55,243 bases of DNA from a virus (lineage: Duplodnaviria > Caudoviricetes). The notes below the pieces were generated by a model that ran no database searches, was not told the origin of the DNA, and was given only the letters and a program-made list of their open reading frames with translations. This document shows positions 39,228-47,068 of the stretch, piece after piece. Positions within the stretch are counted from its first letter, which is position 1; each line of letters starts with the position of its first letter. The position numbers were made by a program, and so were the translations under genes. Where the stretch lies: positions 1-55,243 of IMG/VR virus record IMGVR_UViG_3300032265_002780, one strand, 5' to 3'.

Positions 39228-40109
39228 TTAAATATTTTTTTCAGAGCCCAGTACGAGCATATTTTCAGTAAAAAAGTTATTATATGGTTTACATACAATA
39301 GCTACATTGTCAAATGTAGATTCAATTTCTTCTACAAGCTGGATATCAATAAATCTATTAAATTTATAAGAGTATATTTGATATGTATCATTAACTTCAG
39401 ATGCTTTTATAAAAGAAACTAAATCTTCTTTTTTGCATAAAATATAATGAGAGGGGGTAAAAACATCTCCATCTATATAAATATACTTGTCTGATGGACC
39501 CACATTTATTGAATCAACAACAGTTTCTACAAAATCTTTTTCAGGATCTATATTTTTAAAATCTATTCTTGATAAATCTTGAGAATTTATTTTTAAAGCC
39601 AATAATTTATCTCCAACTTTAAGTTGTTCTGAAGATTTTAATCCATTTAATGTTTGCACTTTTGTTTTAATATTTAAAGAATTTGACCAACCACCACCAA
39701 ATCCGTAAGGTGTAAAGCCAAACGGTGTAAAAGAAAATGGTACAAAAGAAAAGTTTGGAACAATTCCTGTTGTTGTTGAAATATAAGGCCCTGGGCCTGC
39801 AGCTGTTCGTGCTCTCAAACTAAATTCATATGTGTTGTTTACTGTAAAGCTTCCAGTTACTGTTATTGTCCCGCCCGCTGGATTTAAAGTTCCAGAATAT
39901 GTAATTGGTATTGAGGTTCCTAAAATATCAATAATATCTCCAGTATTTGTTCCAGAGCCTTGTAAAGGAATCAAAAATTCGCCATTAGTTTGTATTGGTC
40001 CGTATGTAAGTGTAACTGTTGTTGAGTTTACAACCGTATTTGTTAATGAAGCGGGTGAAGATGGAACTCCAACTGAATCTCCAGCTAAATTTGTTAAAAT
40101 ACCAGCCAT
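39228..40109 (-). CDS. FN3-like domain + Phe/Pro pentapeptide repeats + C-terminal Hint domain
   Basis: aa 1-118 FN3-like (YEFSLRARTAAGPG); aa 120-141 FSFVP-FSFTP-FGFTP-YGFGGGW; from S144 Hint block A (SLNIKTKVQTLNGLKSSEQLKVGDKLL), block B TPSH and a block F/G-like end NNFFTENMLVLG. Confidence 0.72.
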   Translation of the reverse strand: MAGILTNLAGDSVGVPSSPASLTNTVVNSTTVTLTYGPIQTNGEFLIPLQGSGTNTGDIIDILGTSIPITYSGTLNPAGGTITVTGSFTVNNTYEFSLRARTAAGPGPYISTTTGIVPNFSFVPFSFTPFGFTPYGFGGGWSNSLNIKTKVQTLNGLKSSEQLKVGDKLLALKINSQDLSRIDFKNIDPEKDFVETVVDSINVGPSDKYIYIDGDVFTPSHYILCKKEDLVSFIKASEVNDTYQIYSYKFNRFIDIQLVEEIESTFDNVAIVCKPYNNFFTENMLVLGSEKNI

Positions 40110-40110
40110 T

Positions 40111-40794
40111 TTAAGATATTCCGTTTCCGCTAATTGTCCAAGATGTTGAAGTTGTTTTTATTAATGTTGCCATAGCATATGGAGAAAGTGTTCTAGTTCC
40201 AGTTGAACCAGTTCCAGCTAGTAGAAGTGTGTCTCCACAAGCAATTGTTGATGTAACTCCTGCTGCATTTATAATTACAAAAGAAAAACCAATTGGTAAT
40301 GCTAGGTTTGAATTTGCAAGAATTGTAAGTGCAGTTGAATTTGTGGTTATATAAATATGTTTTCCATTGTCTGTTGCTGCAATATTATAAGATGAACCTG
40401 GATTTGTATTTTGTGGAATTCCCATATAACCAACTTGTGAAGAACTTGTTAAAGTTCCTGCACCTGCAATGATTGTTGAAGGCAAAATTCCCGCAGATAT
40501 ATTTGTTGCTGGAAATGTTCCAGAAGTTATATTTCCGACGGAAGTTAGAGATGAAAAAATAACATTAGAAGCAAGAGTTGTCCCTACTAAAGTTGATGCA
40601 CTTGCTGTAAGTGGAACACCATTAACGCTAAAAATTCCATTAACATTTAAATTTCCAGATATATTTGTTAATCCACCAACATTTAAATTTCCAGATATAT
40701 TTGTTAATCCACCAACATTTAAAGGACCATCTACATTAAGAAAAGATGCTTTTAAGGGGTCTATATATTGATGCTGTAACTTGGCTAATGCCAT
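40111..40794 (-). CDS. tail fibre-like virion protein
   Basis: 'SSLTSVG.ITSG' shaft motif; C-terminal 'D.GKHI...LPIG...G.TGTRTL..Y.MATLIK....W.ISG' domain. Confidence 0.65.
   Translation of the reverse strand: MALAKLQHQYIDPLKASFLNVDGPLNVGGLTNISGNLNVGGLTNISGNLNVNGIFSVNGVPLTASASTLVGTTLASNVIFSSLTSVGNITSGTFPATNISAGILPSTIIAGAGTLTSSSQVGYMGIPQNTNPGSSYNIAATDNGKHIYITTNSTALTILANSNLALPIGFSFVIINAAGVTSTIACGDTLLLAGTGSTGTRTLSPYAMATLIKTTSTSWTISGNGIS
40642..40723. repeat. perfect 36-bp tandem repeat, about 2.3 copies
   Basis: aacatttaaatttccagatatatttgttaatccacc twice plus a partial copy; encodes LNVGGLTNISGN. Confidence 0.9.
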
Positions 40795-40809
40795 TTATTA
40801 GCCCCCTTA

Positions 40810-43800
40810 TTAAGCCTGTGCTTCTGTCCAGGATATACGTGCGTATACTTGAGCTGTAGTACTTGCAAGATTTTGTACAACAATTGTAAGTACATCTGGT
40901 CCATCTGGGTAAATACCAGTATTTGCAACTGCTGTTCCGCCACCAAGTATTGAGTTACCAAGATCACGAAGTGGAGATAAATCTGATGTTCCTGTACCTG
41001 CTACAAAGAATCCACCAGTTTTTTCACCACCGCTAAAGGTAACGTTTCCATTTAAAGAATAATCTGCAATTTGTGCAAGTGAAGAGTTTGGAACATTTGC
41101 TACTCCACCTATTGCATTTGTCCATGTTGTTGCTGCAGAAGGAACGCCATTTAGATATGCTAATACTAAAAGGTTAGATGTTGCAGAGTTTAAAACAGAA
41201 ATATCAAGAGTTGAAAGTGCCAACTGCATTCTATTTATAAGTTCACGAGCACCAAAACCTGCTGCAATACCATTGTCTACAGATGGTGCACATCTAATAG
41301 ATAGCAATGCTTTTGTATTTGCAAGTGAAAATGAAAGCGTAGCTGAAGATAATGTAGTAGCAATATTTTGATTAATTGTAAATGTTGTTGCAGAGTTAAC
41401 TGCAGTAACATAAGAACCAGCAGTTAGTGCTCCAGTTCCTGAAGTTACTGTTACTATTTGACCAACAGCAACCGCAGCAGTACTTGTTACGGTAATAATT
41501 GCTTGTGCTGATGAACCACTTGCGCCTGTAATTGTTTGAACAGTTGATGGCCCAATCTGAGTTGGAGCAGTTTGTCCATAAGTAAAGAGAAGAGATTTAT
41601 CTCCATCAAAACGACCATCCATAATAACTGATGTTCCCCAGTGTGATATTGAAGGAGCAAAAGTTGGATAGGCAAGTTCTACAGCAATTGGTGCTGTTGA
41701 AGAATATGTAAATGTTTGTCCAGTTGATGTGTTTGCACCATTTGATCCTGTTGTAACACCCATTGGTGGTACAACTACTGATGATGTAGAAGCTGTTGCT
41801 GCTTGACTAATTGTAAATGTATTTGCACCCGCATTAATTGAGGTAATATATGTTCCATCTGGAATTGTTGTAGCAATAACTCTTTGACCAATTTGTAGTC
41901 CTGCTGTAGCTCCTGCAGAAACAGTTGCTACACTTGAACCAGAGGCTAAAGTTGTTGATAGGGAGGTATTTCCTGCTTGACAACGAATTAAACCAGTAAA
42001 GCTTGTTGATGTTGTTCCTGTGTAATTAACATATTCATAATTTGAAGCATTACGAACAACCAAGGTTCCTGATGAAGGAAATTTAGATGTATCAGAAACT
42101 ACAATTGATGTATCTGAAGGATTAACTGTTGATGTTATAAATGTTGTTGGAGGTGTTGTTACTGTTTCATAACGTCCTGGAAGGTTTCCTGAACGCATAT
42201 ATGCTTCTGTATTAAGATTGTTATTAGGCATCTTATGAACATAAGTTACATCTCCACTAGGTCCTCTTAGGCCCCAACGAACAAATCCTGCACCATACCA
42301 TGTGTAATCAATATAAAACATTTGCATTTTAGATAGATCAAGACTGTATCCTGAAGGGCCTGTTCCATCCATTTTATCAAGATTCCATTGTGATTGTGGA
42401 ATTTTAGTATCAACTGTACGTGATACAATTGCATTTGTTGCGGTTGTTCCACGATATGATGGGCTAATTGTAAGGCTTGTGTCAGAAGCAATATCTGTTA
42501 CACGATAAGATTGTCCACGAAGAACAATATTATCTCCTGGAACTAATTGTTTTGAAAAATATGTTGGAAAAGATGAGTTTGTTTGAGTAATTGTATTTGA
42601 ACTATTTGTTAAAGTAACTTTTCCAGAAATTTGAAAAACAGAGTTACGACGAACAGCATAAATTGTTGTTCCATCAAATTCAAAAAATAAACCGTTTTGT
42701 TGATCAAATATACCTAGTCTATTTGATGCTCCATACCATTGAGCTACTGAAAGTGTATAGTTTCCTGAAGCAACTGAAGCAGACGGAGTAGTTGTTGCTG
42801 TATACGTAAATTGATTCCATCCAATTACCGATGTAACAACAAATGTTCCATTATATGCAGATTCATTTGCTCCAGCAACTATAATGGATGCACCTGGTTG
42901 AAGATTATGTTTTTCTTTTGTTTGAACTGTAACTGTTGTTCCAGAAGAAGTAATTACATCTAGATTTGCATAAGGCTTAAGAATTGTTCCAGATGACATT
43001 TGAATTCCCTTACCTGATTGATAACGGAAATAACGACGTGTTTGTCGTACTGCTTGTTCAAAATTTGATGAACCATTAGATGAGAAAAGTACTCCTCCAT
43101 CAAATGCTCTGTGAGCAAATGAACCTTGTGGGCGAACATAAACTGCTGCTGATGTTGCAACAAGTGTTCCACCAGTAATTGCAGCTGCTGGATAAACAAT
43201 AAATGTTGTAGGGTTTGTTATTGTGGATACAACAAAAGATCCATTTGGATTTGTTCCTGTTGCTCCAGTAATACCAGTAATTGCAATTTCATTTCCAATT
43301 GCTAATCCGTGTGGAACTGTAGTTGTTACTGTTAAAGCATTTGTTCCAGCAGCAAATGAGACTGTAGGTGCTGCACCAATTTGTGCACCAGAATATGCTG
43401 CTCCTGTATAAATTGCAGTTTTATTTGTATCAAAAATAGATGTAAATGATGTATTATTTGCTGCTCTTGCAGTATATGTAAAATTTGTTCCTGCAGAAAC
43501 TGTTTCTACAATAAAATTACCATTTGCAATACCAAGGTATGTATCAAGTATTGAAACTGGCGTTCCAACTGATGGAGGTGTTGTAGTCAATACAGTAACA
43601 GTTCTTGAATTTGAAGCCATTGTAATATCTGTGATGTTAGAAATTGTATATGGCTGTGAATATGCATATGGGCGATTATTAATCGTTGTAAGATTTTCCC
43701 ATTTAGAAATTTGTGGACCATATTCAAAGTCAGTATCAATAAGTGCTTGTGGAGATGATGTACGAAGCTTATTTGTTGGATCTAAAACTGTTTGATCTGG

Positions 43801-44331
43801 GGTAAACTTTTCTGCATATTCATCAATTGTAATTTGAATCTTATCTGTTGATGACATTGCAGATGTATTATAATTTAGAACAATTACTGTATTTGCTGCA
43901 GCAGTAATAGTTCCTCCAGAAATCCATGTAGTTCCCGCTGTTAAATAACCAGCTGCAGTTTGAGCAATAGTAAATTGTGTAGAAGTTGCAGAAGCAACAA
44001 TACCAGTAATATTAAAAGCGCTAGGAGTTGTGCCTGTAATAGTTACTGTTTGTCCTGGTAAAAATGAATTATTTGCAGTAATTGTAGTTATTGTTCCTAC
44101 GGTTGCAGGTGCTACAGACATACCTGTTACATAAGCAATTAATTGGTTATCAGTATAACTAGAATATGAAGTTGCTAGGAGGGAGGCATCAGAAAAATTA
44201 TAAATTACTTTGTTAGCAGTAACGTTTGTAATAAGTACTAAACGTTCTCTTCCAATATATCTTGGTAATACTACTGTTTTTGTACTTGGTACAAATGTAT
44301 AACCTGTTTCTAACAAAATCTTTCTTGCCAT
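40810..44331 (-). CDS. large virion structural protein with repeated beta modules
   Basis: 1173 aa. Several 'TVTT..PH.L..G..I.I.G....NG.F.V' repeats, interleaved with blocks (LIDTDFEYG, RQTRRYFRYQSGKG, MFYIDYTWYGAG, SHWGTSVIMDGRFD) recognised from phage virion proteins. Confidence 0.7.
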   Translation of the reverse strand: MARKILLETGYTFVPSTKTVVLPRYIGRERLVLITNVTANKVIYNFSDASLLATSYSSYTDNQLIAYVTGMSVAPATVGTITTITANNSFLPGQTVTITGTTPSAFNITGIVASATSTQFTIAQTAAGYLTAGTTWISGGTITAAANTVIVLNYNTSAMSSTDKIQITIDEYAEKFTPDQTVLDPTNKLRTSSPQALIDTDFEYGPQISKWENLTTINNRPYAYSQPYTISNITDITMASNSRTVTVLTTTPPSVGTPVSILDTYLGIANGNFIVETVSAGTNFTYTARAANNTSFTSIFDTNKTAIYTGAAYSGAQIGAAPTVSFAAGTNALTVTTTVPHGLAIGNEIAITGITGATGTNPNGSFVVSTITNPTTFIVYPAAAITGGTLVATSAAVYVRPQGSFAHRAFDGGVLFSSNGSSNFEQAVRQTRRYFRYQSGKGIQMSSGTILKPYANLDVITSSGTTVTVQTKEKHNLQPGASIIVAGANESAYNGTFVVTSVIGWNQFTYTATTTPSASVASGNYTLSVAQWYGASNRLGIFDQQNGLFFEFDGTTIYAVRRNSVFQISGKVTLTNSSNTITQTNSSFPTYFSKQLVPGDNIVLRGQSYRVTDIASDTSLTISPSYRGTTATNAIVSRTVDTKIPQSQWNLDKMDGTGPSGYSLDLSKMQMFYIDYTWYGAGFVRWGLRGPSGDVTYVHKMPNNNLNTEAYMRSGNLPGRYETVTTPPTTFITSTVNPSDTSIVVSDTSKFPSSGTLVVRNASNYEYVNYTGTTSTSFTGLIRCQAGNTSLSTTLASGSSVATVSAGATAGLQIGQRVIATTIPDGTYITSINAGANTFTISQAATASTSSVVVPPMGVTTGSNGANTSTGQTFTYSSTAPIAVELAYPTFAPSISHWGTSVIMDGRFDGDKSLLFTYGQTAPTQIGPSTVQTITGASGSSAQAIITVTSTAAVAVGQIVTVTSGTGALTAGSYVTAVNSATTFTINQNIATTLSSATLSFSLANTKALLSIRCAPSVDNGIAAGFGARELINRMQLALSTLDISVLNSATSNLLVLAYLNGVPSAATTWTNAIGGVANVPNSSLAQIADYSLNGNVTFSGGEKTGGFFVAGTGTSDLSPLRDLGNSILGGGTAVANTGIYPDGPDVLTIVVQNLASTTAQVYARISWTEAQA

Positions 44332-44332
44332 A

Positions 44333-44791
44333 TTAATTCGCTCCTAATAGAATGTCCATTGCTTTAAATGGATAAGTATTTGTACTGCTTTGTGTTACGG
44401 GTCCCGCCATTATTCTTGCATTAAATGTTGATCCTGCTGGTGGTACTTCAGAAAAAGCAATATACCCATCTGAATCTATTGTAAAACCATCATAACTGAA
44501 AGGGGTTCCCCAAACAACTTCTGGAAAGCTTACATTTTGAATTATACCATTTAAGCTTAATAAAAGCGTAAAAGGGTTGGTTATTGCTTGAACAACGCCA
44601 TTGTTTTTTGGATAAAACCTTGATTGAATTCCATCAAACTCATATTGAAGATTATCTAAAGGTACTATGTCTGGCAATGTAATATTTGCTGTTCCTACTG
44701 ATTGCCATGCAGTTCCATTCCATGACCAAGTGCGACCAGCGTATGAATATTGCTGATTAAGGGAGGGGTTGGAAGGAAATACTATTGCCAT
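44333..44791 (-). CDS. virion protein with 'MAIxFP' N-terminal module
   Basis: MAIVFPSNPSLNQQYSYAGRTWSWNGTAW followed by an 'FDG...LSLNGIIQ...FSEVPPAGS' domain. Confidence 0.65.
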   Translation of the reverse strand: MAIVFPSNPSLNQQYSYAGRTWSWNGTAWQSVGTANITLPDIVPLDNLQYEFDGIQSRFYPKNNGVVQAITNPFTLLLSLNGIIQNVSFPEVVWGTPFSYDGFTIDSDGYIAFSEVPPAGSTFNARIMAGPVTQSSTNTYPFKAMDILLGAN

Positions 44792-44794
44792 ATA

Positions 44795-45157
44795 TTATCC
44801 TTGTGTTCCTTCTGTAAATAAATGCTCGTCATAAATAGTAGCTTCTGCAATAGTGGCGGGAGGTACATAATTACCACTCTCATCCTTAGTCCACATTGCC
44901 TTTACATCTTTATGAACAATATCTCCAGTTACATCTGAAGCATATACTGTTGAATTAATTCTTAAAACTTTATTGCCAAACATCTCTTCTACAAAATAAA
45001 TAAGGGGGGCATCTACCCATTCCCCGTCAATATATTTTTTAGCTAAAACTGTGTGTGGGTCAATACTGTCATCTAAAGGAGTAGAATTTCCTACAAAATT
45101 GCTTGAATTAACAAAGGCAAAAGCCACTCCGTCTTTAAATTGAATCCAATTTGTCAT
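44795..45157 (-). CDS. hypothetical protein, possibly a fibre chaperone
   Basis: SD AAGGAG; directly follows the four-paralog array. Confidence 0.6.
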   Translation of the reverse strand: MTNWIQFKDGVAFAFVNSSNFVGNSTPLDDSIDPHTVLAKKYIDGEWVDAPLIYFVEEMFGNKVLRINSTVYASDVTGDIVHKDVKAMWTKDESGNYVPPATIAEATIYDEHLFTEGTQG

Positions 45158-45166
45158 TTTTTCTCC

Positions 45167-45547
45167 TTAATTATATTCCACAACTTGCCATACACATGCT
45201 CCAGTTGCAGTTAGTGTTGTTGCATTAGTTAAGTATACCCCATATTCGTTTGAAACAATAGATGTTGCTCCTGCGGAAACAGTTCTTGTTCCTGCATAAT
45301 TTGGCATTGTTCCACCACTATCTGAACCACCGCCACCTCCTGCATTCATACTTCCTCCAGAAGCAGTTAATGTTCCGCTTAAAGTTCCAGTTGCACCAAT
45401 TGAACCAGCTGAACCATTTGAATAAGAGTGAACAAAAGATTTTGATGTATTTACAGATGATATTGTTATTGCTCCTGCAGAACCTGTTGTCCCAGATTGT
45501 ATTGATTTAATTCCAGACGAGACTGAAGGATATGCTGAAATTGCCAT
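45167..45547 (-). CDS. small Gly/Ser/Thr-rich virion protein, paralog 4 of 4
   Basis: IKSIQ.G...ITI.SVNT.K.FV...YGVYLTN.TT....C.W.V.EYN. Confidence 0.75.
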   Translation of the reverse strand: MAISAYPSVSSGIKSIQSGTTGSAGAITISSVNTSKSFVHSYSNGSAGSIGATGTLSGTLTASGGSMNAGGGGGSDSGGTMPNYAGTRTVSAGATSIVSNEYGVYLTNATTLTATGACVWQVVEYN

Positions 45548-45927
45548 TAGTTATACTCTATTACTTCCCATTTACATGCACCCGTTGCAGTTAATGTTGT
45601 TGAGTTTGTTAAATAAACGCCATATTCAGAAGCGGTTAAAGAAGTTGATCCAGCACTTATTGATCTTGTTCCTACATAATTTGGCCAGCTTCCTGAGCTT
45701 GCAGCATTTCCTCCACCACCAGCACCAACAACTCCTCCAGATGGGGATAATCCTCCAGAGGTATTTCCAGTTGCTGCTACTGTTCCAGCTGATCCCGTTG
45801 AATAAGATTTTACAAAAGTATTTGATGTGTTTACAGAAGCAATAGTTATTGCTCCTGCAGAAGCAGCTGTTCCTCTTTGAATAGATTTAATTGGAGAAGA
45901 AACGACTGGATAAAAATTTGAACCCAT
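45547..45927 (-). CDS. small Gly/Ser/Thr-rich virion protein, paralog 3 of 4
   Basis: Same scaffold; TAATG stop/start coupling. Confidence 0.75.
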   Translation of the reverse strand: MGSNFYPVVSSPIKSIQRGTAASAGAITIASVNTSNTFVKSYSTGSAGTVAATGNTSGGLSPSGGVVGAGGGGNAASSGSWPNYVGTRSISAGSTSLTASEYGVYLTNSTTLTATGACKWEVIEYN

Positions 45928-46315
45928 TAGTTGTACTCTACCACTTCATAATAACAAGCACCATCTATAGTTAAAGTTGTTGAATTTGTTAAATATGCAC
46001 CATATTTTGCAACAGTTAAATTAGTTGTTCCACCAGAAAAAGATCTTGTTCCGCTATACGTTCCCCAGCTTCCACCTCCAGTAAGGCCACCGCCACCGCC
46101 AGAAACGGCATAACTGGCTGGAGTCAATGTCCCAGATTCACTTGAATTTATTCCAACAGAGCCTGCAGCACCATTAGAAAAAGAACGAACAAAAGTTTTT
46201 GAAGTATTAACAGAAGCAATTGTTACTGTTCCCGATGAAGCAGCGTTACCTCTTTGAATAGATTTAATTGGAGAAGAAACGACTGGATAAAAATTTGAAC
46301 CCATTAGTTGTACTC
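45872..46315. repeat. 67-bp identical direct repeat (45872-45938 and 46249-46315)
   Basis: cctctttgaatagatttaattggagaagaaacgactggataaaaatttgaacccattagttgtactc spans two successive gene junctions. Confidence 0.9.
45927..46304 (-). CDS. small Gly/Ser/Thr-rich virion protein, paralog 2 of 4
   Basis: Start moved to ATG 46304 (MGSNFYPVVSSPIKSIQRG) by homology and TAATG overlap. Confidence 0.75.
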   Translation of the reverse strand: MGSNFYPVVSSPIKSIQRGNAASSGTVTIASVNTSKTFVRSFSNGAAGSVGINSSESGTLTPASYAVSGGGGGLTGGGSWGTYSGTRSFSGGTTNLTVAKYGAYLTNSTTLTIDGACYYEVVEYN

Positions 46316-46681
46316 CACAACTTGCCAATAACAAGAACCATTTACAGTAATTGTTGTTGCATTAGTTAATGTTACACCATATGCGGATGTAATAATTGAT
46401 GTTGCTCCTGCTGATAAAGATTGTGACCCAGCGTATGTTGGAAAAGTTGCCCCTGCCCAACCACTTCCTGGTGTAGCAGTACAAGTACCGCCTGCTGGGC
46501 TAAGTGTTCCAGAAAAGCTACCAGTAACGCCAGCAGATCCTGCTGAACCATTAGAAAAAGAATAAACAAAAGTTTTTGCAGTATTTACAGAAGTAATAGT
46601 TACTGGGCCAGAAGAGGAAGAATTTCCTCTTTGTATAGATTTAATAATTGAAGTAGTTGCTGGATAAACAGATGTACCCAT
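46304..46681 (-). CDS. small Gly/Ser/Thr-rich virion protein, paralog 1 of 4
   Basis: Start moved to ATG 46681 (MGTSVYPATTSIIKSIQRG). Confidence 0.75.
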   Translation of the reverse strand: MGTSVYPATTSIIKSIQRGNSSSSGPVTITSVNTAKTFVYSFSNGSAGSAGVTGSFSGTLSPAGGTCTATPGSGWAGATFPTYAGSQSLSAGATSIITSAYGVTLTNATTITVNGSCYWQVVEYN

Positions 46682-46682
46682 T

Positions 46683-47015
46683 TTAGGATATCTCAACACC
46701 ACTTATATGAATTGCTAAAGCTGAGCTTGTTGATGCCCATCCAACGATTGTTTGTGTTCCCGTCCCGCCTAAAACTTGCTTTAAATCAAAAAAAGCAACG
46801 CTGTTGGCTCCTACTGTAACTGCTGTTGCAATTTGTACTTGAGTGCCAGTAGCGTCTGGAATTGTTAAATTAAATGATGCTGCAGAAGCAGTACTATTAC
46901 TAACTACAATATTAGTAATTGTTGTAGTTGTTGATGAATTTGGAACTGTGTATAAAACAGTTGTATTTGTTGTTGTTAAAACTGTACGTGCTAAAAGTTT
47001 TGTTATTACTGCCAT
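46683..47015 (-). CDS. small beta-sandwich virion protein
   Basis: 'LYTVP...TTITNIVVSN...HISGVEI'; SD AGGAG. Confidence 0.65.
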   Translation of the reverse strand: MAVITKLLARTVLTTTNTTVLYTVPNSSTTTTITNIVVSNSTASAASFNLTIPDATGTQVQIATAVTVGANSVAFFDLKQVLGGTGTQTIVGWASTSSALAIHISGVEIS

Positions 47016-47055
47016 TTTTTCTCCTATTAATTAGAGTTAATTTACTTATATAAAG

Positions 47056-47064
47056 ATTATAGCA
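47056..47064 (-). promoter_or_regulatory. extended -10 promoter
   Basis: TGCTATAAT in the intergenic gap. Confidence 0.55.
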
Positions 47065-47068
47065 CTTG

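Noticed and set aside
39228-39680. Canonical splicing intein
   Set aside because: There is no His-Asn terminus, no real C-extein and no endonuclease domain; kept as a cleavage-type Hint.
45167-46681. Diversity-generating retroelement template/variable repeats
   Set aside because: No reverse transcriptase is in the window, the 67-bp repeat copies are identical, and paralog differences are not adenine-specific.
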